DNA of 63,762 nt, counting the filler, from Octopus bimaculoides (Eukaryota), in assembly GCF_001194135.2 (NCBI RefSeq). It is 7 parts of 7 records of this genome, joined end to end, with 100 filler letters (N's around TTAATTAATTAA, not from the genome) between each part and the next. Parts side by side here need not be neighbours in the genome. Positions count along the whole stretch, not along the records: positions 5,850 to 31,539 come from NC_068996.1; 6 more parts are not named here. One strand, given 5' to 3'. Position 1 is the stretch's first letter; every line of letters starts with the position of its first letter. Below the pieces are notes generated by a model. The model saw nothing but the letters and a program-made list of their open reading frames with translations. It did no database searches and was not told where the DNA came from. Both the position numbers and the translations under genes were made by a program. Shown piece by piece: positions 12,480 through 24,142 of the stretch.

Positions 12480-13790
12480 CACACAAATGACAGCATCAAC
12501 TACAACAACAGCATTCAACCCCAGCAACAGTAATTGTAACATTAGTTACAAACTGGAAGTAGTACCTACAACAATATCTGCAACAACATGTCCAAGAGAG
12601 GAAACAACAGCAACAAAAAACAACAACAACAACAAAAGAAACACCGCCGCATGAGCCATCACTTCGCCGACAAGAAAAACAAAATAAAAGGACAATATCA
12701 CTCAAGATTTGCCCTTTCCATTCGGGATCCCTCAAGCGTGTTATGTGGGGAAGCGGGGGTTTTCAAAGTCCGATATTATAAAAAAAAAAGCAACAAATGC
12801 AATGAAAGAAAAATACAAAATAAAAAGAAAAAAAAGGAAACACTAACACAAAAGAAAAAAAAACACTATTAGCAAACGGGGCAGATGCCTTTGAGCAACA
12901 ATGCACCAACACAATCCTGAAAAGCAACTATGCAAGTGCAATCACCACCATCACCACCGTCACCTCTATCACAGGAAAGAAGAAAAACCACTATTTTTGT
13001 CGACACCACCACCGCCACTGCCACTGCAACAACAACAACAACAACAAAACCAGCAACAACAGCCCCCAACAGCGGCAAGCGACCATAACAGCATTAATGG
13101 CAATATGAGTAAAACCAGCAGCTACGAAAACAGCAGTAACAGCAGCAGCAGTAGCAGCAGCAGAAACTGACTGCAGCGCCTACAGCACCATCAATTCCAC
13201 CACTACCGCCAACAACAACAGCGACAGCAGCAGCAGCAGCGGCAGCAACAGCAGCGGGAGCAGCAGCAACTAAAACCACAGGAAACTCACCACCATTGAG
13301 GGCCATAACAAACAGCAGCAACAATAACATCAACAGAAAAAAAAAACAAAAGTCTTAAAACAACAACTACATTAACAAAAACGTCTGCACAAACCGCCTG
13401 AAAACATGCCCCGCTGTTACTCACACCACAGAAACGTGTGTGGCGAAGACGACGGGGAAGACAGAAAATGGCGAACAGTAACAAACGCCAAAGCAGAAAC
13501 GAAAAGAAACACAAATACGTCAATGAAAATAATGAGATGTACGAAAAAACTGAGGAGATACTTTTGAGCTGCTATTGGGATTGATGTAGCAACATCAATC
13601 CCAACAGCAGATACTTCAGTACAACCAACACCATCACCATCGCCTTCATGATCACCGTTACCACTGCCACAGTCGCCACCATTACAAGCGTAAACGTAAA
13701 CACAAACTAATTTAGACATACAAGTCAGATTACAACAACCAGCACGAACAGAAAAGAAATAGCTAAACGACCGTAAACGTAAACGATTAA
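12480..13790. repeat. A/C-rich degenerate trinucleotide mosaic (CAA/CAG/CAC)
   Basis: Continuous low-complexity triplets with stops scattered in all frames. Confidence 0.7.
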
Positions 13791-13794
13791 GGAT

Positions 13795-13998
13795 TTTATG
13801 GAGGACATGCTAACATACAATATCATGGAAGGAAGTGTAAGAGGGTAGTAGATCAAGCGGTGGGCAAAGACGGACAATGGATGGACATTATCAAGAGCTG
13901 GTTGGACATTAGTGACAAGGCAGCTCAATCGGGAACATTTTCGTTGTGGTGCCATCAATGCGCTGCAGGCGTTCGATACATGACGGTGACGACGGCGA
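13795..13998 (+). mobile_element. Degraded RTE-clade LINE 3' end
   Basis: Frameshifted translation TYNIMEGSVRG / GRQ / QWMDIIKSW resembles the RTE ORF C-terminus (IMEGKVEGKRGRGRQ..RWMD.IK.W); ends in a GAC/GGT triplet tail. Confidence 0.5.
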
Positions 13999-14636
13999 CT
14001 ACTAATATACACACACCAAATATACTAACAACATCGTAATTTACTAAAAGCATTCCAGCCCACCTGAGAATCATTCCAAATATCAAAACACATCTTTAAA
14101 ATAAACACGCCAAAGCAGGTGGGCAGGTGAAATATAACAGAAAGCTACGAAAGGAAAGTTTCTTCAAACGCCTACAATCAGCAGAATTCCAATGGAATAA
14201 GATAAGTGGGCCTACTTCACGTTCCTTCTTCAGTTTAATTACTTTCGTTAGAGTAGGCAGTATAAAAGCATATGACCTGAGGTCAGTTTTAAATTAGAGT
14301 CATCAGTTTGTAGTAACGCTTGCGCATGCGTAGTCTTACGCATGCGTAGAATTAAACAAGCAAGCGTTTCCCGCTCAATTCATTCTCTTTCTCGCTGGCC
14401 AGCGATTGAGCATGGACGTGTGTTTAAAGCTGTTTCTACATCTTTCGGTCTTATACTCGACAGCTCGTTATTCTCACCTCTAAAGATGTATAACTAAAGA
14501 TATGTATGTTTTACCACCTAAATAAATGTTGTTTGAGTTGTTTAGTCTGGAGTTCAGCGTTCCGTCTATTTCTTTAATTTTATAGTAGAAAGTCAGGTAT
14601 ACAATCTAAAGATGTATAACCCACTTTCTACTAAAG

Positions 14637-14650
14637 TGGTGACCCCGACG
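14637..14650 (+). promoter_or_regulatory. Primer-binding site complementary to the 3' end of tRNA-Trp
   Basis: 14-nt match to TGGTGACCCCGACGTGAT, the reverse complement of the eukaryotic tRNA-Trp(CCA) 3' end. Confidence 0.8.
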
Positions 14651-15142
14651 AAGAAAAAACGCAGCATGAACTACNNNNNNNNNNNNNNNNNNNNNNNNNN
14701 NNNNNNNNNNNNNNNNNNNNNNNNNNNNNNNNNNNNNNNNNNNNNNNNNNNNNNNNNNNNNNNNNNNNNNNNNNNNNNNNNNNNNNNNNNNNNNNNNNNN
14801 NNNNNNNNNNNNNNNNNNNNNNNNNNNNNNNNNNNNNNNNNNNNNNNNNNNNNNNNNNNNNNNNNNNNNNNNNNNNNNNNNNNNNNNNNNNNNNNNNNNN
14901 NNNNNNNNNNNNNNNNNNNNNNNNNNNNNNNNNNNNNNNNNNNNNNNNNNNNNNNNNNNNNNNNNNNNNNNNNNNNNNNNNNNNNNNNNNNNNNNNNNNN
15001 NNNNNNNNNNNNNNNNNGAATCATTACCACCACACATACAGAACACAGCTATAGCAGTTCCTGCGCCGACGTTTTCATCAATGTACTCTATCTCGGTGTT
15101 TTGGGATTTATTTCGCAGTCTATACTACAGACACTTTCACTT

Positions 15143-15446
15143 GTTCTGTGTTTTTTTTTCTCACACACACACTTGTGCACTCATACATTTTCTTTCCTTT
15201 CAGGGAAAACAAACCCTCAAGACTTTTACATCGTGTGATTCCAGTTTCCTGGACAGTTGTCGTCACGGTTGTTTTGTCATTGTCATTTCATTTATACATT
15301 GCATGTTCTGTGTTTTTTCTCACACACACACTTGTGCACTCATACATTTTCTTTCCTTTCAGGGAAAACAAACTCTCAGACTTTTACATCGCGTGATTCT
15401 AGTATTCCTGGACAGTTGTCATCACGGTTGTTTTGTCATTGTCATT
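15143..15446. repeat. Tandem repeat of about 163 bp, nearly 2 units visible and running into a gap
   Basis: GTTCTGTGTTTTTTCTCACACACACACTTGTGCACTCATACATTTTCTTTCCTTTCAGGGAAAACAAAC... starts near 15143 and 15306. Confidence 0.9.
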
Positions 15447-16084
15447 NNNNNNNNNNNNNNNNNNNNNNNNNNNNNNNNNNNNNNNNNNNNNNNNNNNNNN
15501 NNNNNNNNNNNNNNNNNNNNNNNNNNNNNNNNNNNNNNNNNNNNNNNNNNNNNNNNNNNNNNNNNNNNNNNNNNNNNNNNNNNNNNNNNNNNNNNNNNNN
15601 NNNNNNNNNNNNNNNNNNNNNNNNNNNNNNNNNNNNNNNNNNNNNNNNNNNNNNNNNNNNNNNNNNNNNNNNNNNNNNNNNNNNNNNNNNNNNNNNNNNN
15701 NNNNNNNNNNNNNNNNNNNNNNNNNNNNNNNNNNNNNNNNNNNNNNNNNNNNNNNNNNNNNNNNNNNNNNNNNNNNNNNNNNNNNNNNNNNNNNNNNNNN
15801 NNNNNNNNNNNNNNNNNNNNNNNNNNNNNNNNNNNNNNNNNNNNNNNNNNNNNNNNNNNNNNNNNNNNNNNNNNNNNNNNNNNNNNNNNNNNNNNNNNNN
15901 NNNNNNNNTTATTCTCACCTCTAAAGATGTATAACTAAAGATATGTATGTTTTACCACCTAAATAAATGTTGTTTAAGTTGTTTAGTCTGGAGTTCAGCG
16001 TTCCGTCAATTTCTTTAATTTTATAGTAGAAAGTCAGGTATACAATCTAAAGATGTATAACCCACTTTCTACTAAAAGTTAATT

Positions 16085-16392
16085 CAATAACCTTAGACCA
16101 CTGGATATAGATGTCACGTGAGACCAAAATCTGAGGTTTCACCCATATTTTCGCTGGATACCAGATGTACATATTCCCAAGTTGACTGGGAGTTAGAAGA
16201 GGATGGACCGTGTTGTTTCGGAGGGATCTGTATTTCACAATACGGACTATCTTCATGGATACAAAATCTAAGTTCGTGGTCCTGGATTTGAGCAGCAGTG
16301 AAGGGATTGCTTTCAGACTAATAGCTGTCTACGTCACGACTGGGCTGGAGCACCAGATTTCTTAGGGCGTCTGGAGGTTTTCTTCGGAACAC
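16085..16392 (+). mobile_element. L1/Tx1-clade LINE fragment, APE endonuclease region
   Basis: Frame from 16201 reads GWTVLFRRDLYFTIRTIFMDTKSKFVVLDLSSSEGIAFRLIAVY, then after a frameshift AGAPDFLGRLEVFFGT. Confidence 0.65.
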
Positions 16393-16401
16393 CAGACACA
16401 G

Positions 16402-16442
<41 letters not shown>

Positions 16443-16468
16443 ATTATATATATACATATATATATATA

Positions 16469-16628
16469 CAACGGGCTTCTTTCAGTTTCCGTCTACCAAA
16501 TCCACTCACAAGCTTTGTCGAACCGAGGTTACTGTAGAAGACACTTGCCCAAGCTGCCACGCAGTGGGACTGAACCTGGAACCAAGTGGTTGGGAAGCAA
16601 GCTTCTTACAACACAGTCACGCCTGCGA
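16469..16628 (-). mobile_element. tRNA-derived SINE family B, 5' module
   Basis: Minus strand: GCAGGCGTGACTGTGTTGTAAGAAGCTTGCTTCCCAACCACTTGGTTCCAGGTTCAGTCCCACTGCGTGGCAGCTTGGGCAAGTGTCTTC...GAAAGAAGCCCGTTG. Confidence 0.85.
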
Positions 16629-16639
16629 TTGTTAGCCAA

Positions 16640-16775
16640 CAGTTCGGTGCTCGTTACTGGTGGTCTGGAATAGACAGGGGCAGGATCAATTTAGGTCAGT
16701 CGAAAGCTTTTGATAGGGGTGACTGCCAATACTTGTCCTAACGGCGGCAGGTTTCGATCTTGTCTTCAGCGTTTG
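16640..16775 (+). mobile_element. L1/Tx1-clade LINE fragment, reverse transcriptase motif
   Basis: From 16682: RINLGQSKAFDRGDCQYL, matching the INLDQSKAFDRVDHQYL-type RT motif; then AAGFDLVF. Confidence 0.6.
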
Positions 16776-17029
16776 AATTTCAACAATGTACGTCATCAGT
16801 TCAGTAGTTGTATTGAATAGCCACCTGTCCAATGCGCATCATTCAGTATAATGTGCTTGATAAGTCTCGTTTGTCTCTTCTCGTCTCATTTCTTGATTCT
16901 TGTGTCACTACTTCAGAAATTAGAGACGTCGGGCGGATGGAGTGTCGTCTCGTAAGAACTAGGATGTAACAAAAGCGTTTCGTCAAAGGCGAACGACTTT
17001 ATTGAAGTGATAGGCGTTGACAGGAGCAA

Positions 17030-17343
17030 AAATGTATATATATAAAACAGAGAGTGTACGTCTGTCTGTTGTGTCATCACAAAAACTCGAGAGCTAACCA
17101 ACCGATTTCATTAAAATGTTACACATTCATTACTTAGGGTCCATGGAGTGTCATGGGCCAAAAGAAATGTTCAACTTATTGCCTAATGCGACCCCGAAGC
17201 AATCTCTTAAATTGGTTCGGTATTACGTATCAAAAGTGAAACAATAACAACCCCATTGTAATGTGATATAATATTGTTTCACTTTTATATTATTTCACTT
17301 TTATTGTTTCACTTTTATTCATTCACTTTTATAGTTTCACTTT
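17030..17343 (+). mobile_element. Helitron-like non-autonomous 5' end with 13-bp minisatellite
   Basis: TATATATATAAAACAGAGAGTGTACGTCTGTCTG...AACCGATTTCATTAAAAT is typical of non-autonomous Helitron 5' ends; (GTTTCACTTTTAT)-like units at 17275-17343. Confidence 0.45.
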
Positions 17344-17344
17344 T

Positions 17345-17555
17345 GTGTGTGTATCTGTGTTTGTACCAACACCATCGCTTGACAACCGATGTGGCTGTGT
17401 TTACGTCCCCGTAACTTAGGGGATCAGCATAAGACACCGTTAGAATAACTACTAAGCTTACAAAGAATAAATCCTGGGGTAGATTTGTTCGACTAAATGC
17501 ATTGCTTCAGCATGGCCGCAGTCACATGACTGAAACAAGTAAAAGATTAAAAAGC
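17345..17555 (+). mobile_element. SINE family B, 3' module
   Basis: CATCGCTTGACAACCGATG...TTTACGTCCCCGTAACTTAG...GAATAAATCCTGGGGTAGATTTG...CAGCATGGCCGCAGTCACATGACTGAAACAAGTAAAAG. Confidence 0.85.
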
Positions 17556-18265
17556 TATACCTTTTTAATCGCGAGCAACGCCGGGTATCTCTGCTAGTAT
17601 AATGAAATTATTATGTATAGTGCTCAGGTGCACTACAGCTCATCAAATATAGTCAAGACCATGGGGGATGGCGGGGCACTTTAAGTTTGGTTGGCTCCTT
17701 GTACACAAGAAGTAAAATCTTAGAAAATTACCAAATTTAAATCTCAAAACCCATCTATTTCGTGTAATTGAATTTGAAGAATTAACAGAGAAAATTTAAA
17801 TAATGACTGAAAATGTCGCTTTAAGGTACACTTTTCAAAATTCAAATTTCGTTTTTCAGACATCCACTTTCTTTCATTGTGAAAAGTACAAAGAAGTAGA
17901 GAAGAAGGGGTAAGATTTTTTTTTTCTTTTGATGCAAGTTACAAATGTTTCAGAATGTGGAATAAGATAACATGACAGAAAATTACGAAGATGTGTGTGT
18001 GTGTGAGGTGGGTAGAGACACCAACATTTAAAAGACATGGATTCTTCTTCTTTTAAAACGGCTTCTCTTCATAGTTTTGCAATGTGTGAAAAAAAAATGG
18101 GGGAAAATCCTGATAAAATGAGGAAATTCAAACAACTATTTCCGAAAGTTTGTTTTTCCAGTTTTCATTAGGAGTAGGTGGAGTACAGTGAGTAATATTT
18201 ACGACACTTTTGACTTTGAAAAAAAATATATTTTTCACAAATGTTCACTACCTTGCAAAAACTAT

Positions 18266-18435
18266 ATTAGCAGTATTGTTAGTTAGACAAGTAAGAATAT
18301 CTATGACCGTCTACTTCGTACTCTCTATATATATACTGGCTGACATCACCTTATTTATAATGACTAGCACATACTGCTCGTCACGTGGGAGGATGTACTA
18401 TTATTACTGTTACCCCCACATTATCTCCCCTTTTT
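18266..18435 (-). mobile_element. PPT and probable 3' LTR of the Gypsy remnant
   Basis: Minus strand: AAAAAGGGGAGA-TAA-TGTGGGGGTAACA, i.e. PPT 18435-18424 and an LTR starting TG at 18420. TATA-like TATATATATA lies inside; the distal end (about 18266) is uncertain. Confidence 0.55.
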
Positions 18436-18509
18436 AATTTTTCTTTTCTTAGAGAGTGTCCTTTTATTTCTTTTAATAGCAATACTTTTTATATCACCCC
18501 ACCTCTCTT

Positions 18510-20835
18510 TTTTGAGTTTTTTCTTAGTTACACATTTAATTTTTTTTCCATTTGGCATCTACTTCCAGGAACTCCTTACATTTTTTTCTTACGCTTGTAC
18601 GTCTGGGTTCAATCACCTGTGGTGGCATTGGACTTGAAATGTATCCTATAAACATTCCATTGGTTCTTACATTCTCTTGGGTTCGCTCTCAGTGAATCTT
18701 TTTTCATTTCGTTCATATGTCTCTTGTATTCGCCTTTTCTACTTTTTACCAAGTATAGCATTTTTCTTGGTAATCACGCCATCTTTCCAACTCTGTTTTC
18801 CATTCTTATGTGCCCTCACAAATATATTTTCACCAATTTTGAAGAATCTTGCTGTATTTTTTATTGCAATTTTTCTTTTCTTTCCCGGTAGCAATTTGTT
18901 AAAAAGTGATTTTATTTTCCTCGCAAACATCAGCTCCGCTGGTGACACACCTGCTGGTGTATTTGAATTTGGTGTCACATGGTATACTCTTAAGAATTGT
19001 TGTAGAGGTATCTCAACCATGACTTCCTTATTGGAATATATTGACAAAGCATTCTGCTTGTCCGTTAGATTTTGATTGGTATGACGCCGTAGTTACATGT
19101 TCTACAGTAAATGTTTTACAAAACTTCTTAAATTCAAGGCACAAATTGCGTTCCATTGTCAGACCCTATAGCGTATAGGATGCCAAATCACGCAAACAGC
19201 TCATGTAAAAAAAATTTGTCACAGTTGAGGAGGTTGGTTTTTTACACTTACAAATCTCTGGCCACTAAGAGAAACTATCGACTACCACTAAGTAGTATGA
19301 ACCGTTTAAAAGACCAGCAAAATCGATGTGTAGTCTCGACTACGGAACATTTGTTTTTGGCTAGGATCACTTTTTATCGTCGGTAATTTTGCTGCTAGAG
19401 CACATCCTCTACAGCCTTTCACCAAATTTTCGGTTTCTGTATCCATTTTTGGCCAGTATTTGTAGCTGCGCATTAAAGCTTTCATCTTCGAAATACCAGG
19501 ACGTCTGACATGAAATTCTCTCAACATTTTCTTTCGTAGTGTTTCAAGTATCACTACACTCTGTGCATAAATCAGTATGCCATCAACAAATTGAGTGTAG
19601 GTCCACATTGTAAGCTAATAAGAACAAGAATGTACCGCTCATTTTGAAGCAGAGTTGTAGCTGATATCATTCACATGAATTGCGCGAAGTTGGTGGTGAA
19701 CACAGAAATCATTGCATTTCAAAGAAAGATATGTTGTTTCTGGGTTGTCAATTCATCAACTAGTTTGAAACTGCGCCTTCACTGCTAAGGCAGATCACTG
19801 CCGTTTTTTTTTTTTTGTTTTTTTTTTTTCATACGCTTCTATCCCTGATTGGCTGGAGTCTGCAACAACACAACTGAACTATGCCTGACTGGCTACAGCT
19901 GTAATCTGTTTGCTGTGTGTGTGTTGGTATTTCTTTTTTAGAATTGTATATTGACAGTATTGGGTGATGATCCGTTTGTAGATAAAAACTTTTTCCATGG
20001 ACAAATCTATGGAATTTTTCACACCGAATATTATTGCAAACGTTTCCTTTTCTATCTGACTATAGTTCCTTTCAGTTGGTAATAACAATCGTGACGCATG
20101 GGTGATAGCCTTTTTACTCCAATCATCATATTTGTGCAGAAGCACTGCTCCTACACCGTACTCACTCGCATCTGTAACCAATATAATATCCAGCTTTGGA
20201 TCAAAATGCATTAAAAATAAGACCAATGTTAAAATGCTTTTTAACTCGTCAAATGCCTTCTGGTACTTATCAATGCAACAGCATTTTGTATTTTTCTTTA
20301 ACAGAATGAGGCCCTTACATTATGTATATTGGGAATGTAAATTTGATAATAATTTACTAAACCCAAGAATACTTGTAGCCTAGTCACATTATTCAGCGTG
20401 AGCATATTTTTTTATCACAGTTGTTCTGGATGGATCCAGCTTCAGTCCGTTTTTGTCTTTTATCTGGCCCAAGTATTTAATTTTTTTCATAAAGAACTCG
20501 CATTTCTCTTCCGTTAACTTGAAACCGTATTCTCTAATCTTCTCGAATACCCTTTTAACATGTTGTTCATGTGATTCACTATTTATTAGAATATCGTCTA
20601 AATGGGCGATAGCAAAATCACAGTTGCTCAGTATTGTATCCATTATTTGCTAAAATATGGAAGGAGCCAGTAGTTGTGGGGGCACTCGGAGTACAAACAG
20701 CCATGTCTGAGAAATATGTCAAAAGAAATCGGAATTGACATGAGAGTAGAGCAAGCCCAAAACACTGCTCTGTTGGGGACAGTTAGGATTTTGAGATTGG
20801 TACTTGGATGTTGAATGTCTTCCACGATAATTAAC
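18510..20835 (-). mobile_element. pol: Ty3/Gypsy (Mag-like) pol pseudogene: RT, RNase H, integrase
   Basis: RT: APSIF*QIMD..AHLDDILI..KCEFFMKKIKYLGQ. RNase H: LVTDASEYGVGAVL..ERNYSQIEKETFAIIFGVK. Zn-binding region: MKALMRSYKYWPKMD..CRGC. Integrase core: VVVDSFS, SDNGTQF, SNGQAE, then SPAELMFARKI. Many stops and frameshifts; RT-RH-IN order is that of Gypsy. Confidence 0.92.
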
Positions 20836-21501
20836 AACTAAGTATCAAAGCTTATAATGTGTGGAAAGAAACCCTGTGAGACCTCTGACAGCAGGCTGCT
20901 GTACGCTCTCACAGAATCAACCAGAACAAACAAGACCGAATGTTCTGAGAAGTAAAACAATAATAATAATGATAATGGAAAAAAAGGGCCTCGGGGTGGG
21001 GTGGGGGGCGATGCATACTCTGCGCACAGATAATTTTTTTTCGCAAATTATGGTGTGGCTTACAATGCGTTGCTTATCCATGCTTTTTAATTGAACTGAG
21101 TTAAGTTTTTTTTTTTTTAAGTATCACCACTATAGGTATTTATATTCCGGTGAAATTAAGAAAACAAGCCGTAAATAAATGAAACCCTCGAATCTATCAG
21201 TGTACGCGCGCACGCGCACAATACATGCATACACACACCACACACACACACACACACACATACACACAGAGTAGCATATTTATGTATGTATGTACGTATG
21301 TACCCACACGTGTCTACGCGCATAGGTACACCATAATCTATACATACGCAGATGAGGGTCGATTCATATGAAAAAGCAAGTGAACAAAATAATATAACCA
21401 TTTGCTTAGCGGGAAATTTTTTTTTAAGATAATGAGTATTTCTGCCGTTTTCCAGTAATTTTACAAACACACAAAGACAAGTGATTACAATACGTTTCAA
21501 A

Positions 21502-21707
21502 TTTTGGCATAAGGCTAGCAATTTCAGAGGGAGAGGATAAGTCGATTATTGCGACCCCAGTGCTCAACTAGTACTTATTTTATTGAACCCGAAAGGACGA
21601 AAGTCAAAGTTGACCTTGGCGTAATTTAAACTCAGAACGTAAAGCCGGAAAAGACGCTGCTGAGTATTTTGTCCGGCATACTAAATATTCTGCCAGATCG
21701 CTGCCCT
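21502..21707 (-). mobile_element. SINE family A, near-complete
   Basis: Minus strand: GGCAGCGATCTGGCAGAATATTTAG...CTGAGTTTAAATTACGCCAAGGTCAACTTTGACTTTCGTCCTTTCGGG. Confidence 0.75.
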
Positions 21708-22229
21708 CAAAAAATAATTACAATTCTATCTGTTATGGGCATAATGACGTGTTGTTTATGCCGAGGTTCAACCAAGCCATCCCGTCAATGTTTCTAGACT
21801 TTTCCAGTCTTATGTGGACTATATAAAGCGTAGTTGGTACGTGTAAAGATGTGACTAGTGCAGACTTTATGATAAGAATTTGGTATTTCGTCCATCTTTA
21901 TGTTAAAATTCTGCCGAGGTCGACTTTGCCTTTTATCCTTTCAAGATCGATAAGTAACATTTGAATATTTCCTAGAAAAAAATGCTATTATTTGTTTCAT
22001 TCACTGGACTGCAGCTATTTTGGAGCACCACATCGAAGGTTTTAGTCAAATAAATGTCCTCCAGAATAAAACAATACGAGAAAGATAAGTTTTAACTTGG
22101 CATGGCACAAGACGGAGCACTGACTTGGCGCAGTACAGCACGATGAGAAGGAGCCTTAACTCAAAACAGCAAATCACGACGGGAAGGACATGCAAAATAT
22201 ACTTCACTTTATTACATATACTATACGTT

Positions 22230-22490
22230 AATGCAAAAGCATATTGTGTTTATTGACTATCTTCAAAATGATCTCACCCTCAATGGAAAGTTCAATGCCA
22301 ACTTGCTAAGGCAGTTATGAAAGGCTATCAAGACCAAACACCCAGAAAAACTGATGAATGAGTCTTGTTTCATTAGGAGAATGCTTCAGCATGCAAGTCA
22401 TTGGTTTCAATGGTTGCTGTGTGTGACTGGCTTTGAACTGGTTGATCACCTTCCCTACGTTAGTGATTTGGTTCCATTTGGTTATCATTG
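22230..22490 (+). mobile_element. Mariner transposase fragment (catalytic domain)
   Basis: IVFIDYLQNDLTLNGKFNANLLRQL*KAIKTKHPEKL / VLFH*ENASACKSLVSMVAVCD / GFELVDHLPY matches the mariner HQDNAPAH...FELVDHPPYSPD region. Confidence 0.8.
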
Positions 22491-23534
22491 AAAAAATCCA
22501 CATTTTTCATTTAAAAAATTGGACCTCGGTTTGCACCCCACTAAGCAAATTTTGTTCCTGAGCTGCTTCATGTGTGAGTGGGTACATGTAACAATAACAT
22601 CCATACACACACCACATCTACGTATGCAATCATGTATGCCTGTGTGAAGATATATATATATATATATAAAATGATGATATATCATTACCGTCATCATAAC
22701 TGTTTAACGTCCCACCTTCCATTGCTGGCTGGCTTGCATTAATCACAAAAGTTTATTGAGGTCAAGACTGCACTCAGTTACCATACTAAACAATATACCA
22801 ACATTGTTTGCTCACTTCTATCATAAGTGTGTGTATTTAGCATTGTTGTGTGGTTTTAGCTATGTATAAGTAAACACAATGCATATTTTATGTGTATTTG
22901 CAGGGATATATATGCACAGAAAGACGAACAGAAATAGCAGTCAAATTTCCCTTGGATCATATCCCAGACGTAGGATCAAAGCTGAAACACCATTGAAATT
23001 GGATTAGCTCAATCAGAGAGATAATCTGGGGATAAGCCACATAACTAATAACAATTTTAAAAAGGGCATTTCTATGCTGGGATCTTACAACCTGGGTGAC
23101 CACACACTTGGAGGTGCAAGATGCTACTTCCAAAGAGGCAAAGTATATACCTTATTAAAATCACTTTTCAGAACAAAGTTAATAAACTCATAAAATAATT
23201 TTATTATTCTACAAGTGTAGACAGCAGATTACATCAACTGATGGTCAGTTAAGTATCATATCATACAAGTGTCGTTTATTGATATCAATGAAAAAAGACT
23301 TCCTTCTAAGACTTTCAAGATATAAATACATTGACAATATGTGATCTTTTACTCAGTTTCTCTGTCTTCTGAGTGTGTTTGTGTGAGGGAAGAGACAAAC
23401 ATTGAAAAGACATGGATTTGTAAAACGTTTGTTTTAAAAAGGCTTCCCTTCATTGTTTTGCAGTGTATGAAAAAAAAGGGATAATCCTGACAAAGTTTTC
23501 AGAATTCCAACATATATGGGACAGCTATTCTGAA

Positions 23535-24093
23535 AGAATTCCATTTCTCCAACAGATGACAACATACGAGTTCTGGTCATCTCATAGGTCTTCGCAATAG
23601 CAAGAACTAGTTCTTCTGGAATGCCATAGGCTTGAAGGATCTTCAATATTTTGTAACAATGGCTGCTGTTAAACCCATTGCTGAAGTCCATGAAGGTTAT
23701 AATGGTAGGTAGCAGTCTTGATTTAACTCCTATGATAAGCCTCAGGGCTAAGATCTGATGTGTTGCGGCGGTCTCTCTCTGGTCTAAATCCATTTTGATT
23801 TGATCTCTGATGACTGTCAAGCAACTGTTGAATCCTGTTGAGGATCATTCGGTTGATGACTTTGAGTGAGATATTATTGGACAGTGCAATTCTTCTGTAG
23901 TTAGTTCCATTGCTGAGGTTTCCTGTTTTTGAGATTGGTATCAAGTTAATCTCAAATTAGTGATCTGGACTTTCTTATTCGCAAAATCTAGTATTATTTC
24001 ATCGAAATTGCACATCTTGATAACTTCAGGGGGAATTTCATCAGGGCCAGAAACCTTTCCCTCTTTCAGTCAATTTTTGGCACTCTGAAGTCC
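23535..24093 (-). mobile_element. RTE-clade LINE RT fragment (inverted segment)
   Basis: KVSGPDEIPPEVIK / IPISKTGNLSNGTNYRRIAL..NRMILNRI..NQNGFR / HQILALRLII..TFMDFSNGFNS..ILQAYGIPEELV..GEMEFFQ. Confidence 0.85.
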
Positions 24094-24142
24094 TTCAAAT
24101 ACTAGCTGCGGTGCTACAAGGAGATACACTTGCACCATATCT

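Larger units (their letters stand above)
14200..16076 (+). mobile_element. Non-autonomous LTR retroelement (Ty3/Gypsy, CsRn1-like) with tRNA-Trp PBS
   Basis: Direct repeats 14468-14635 and 15909-16076 (168 bp visible, 2 mismatches). TGGTGACCCCGACG at 14637-14650 directly follows the left repeat; TATAAAA at 14261, AATAAA at 14521. The 5' boundary is approximate and the PPT presumably lies in the gap. Confidence 0.7.

Noticed and set aside
12901-13360. PolyQ/H/S/A frames resembling a transcription-factor low-complexity exon
   Set aside because: Frames are short and stopped, and there is no ordered domain or splice support.
14270-16810. Minus-strand CTGATGA at about 14305 and 16795 as hammerheads
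   Set aside because: No stem II or stem I pairing; G12 is missing in the first.
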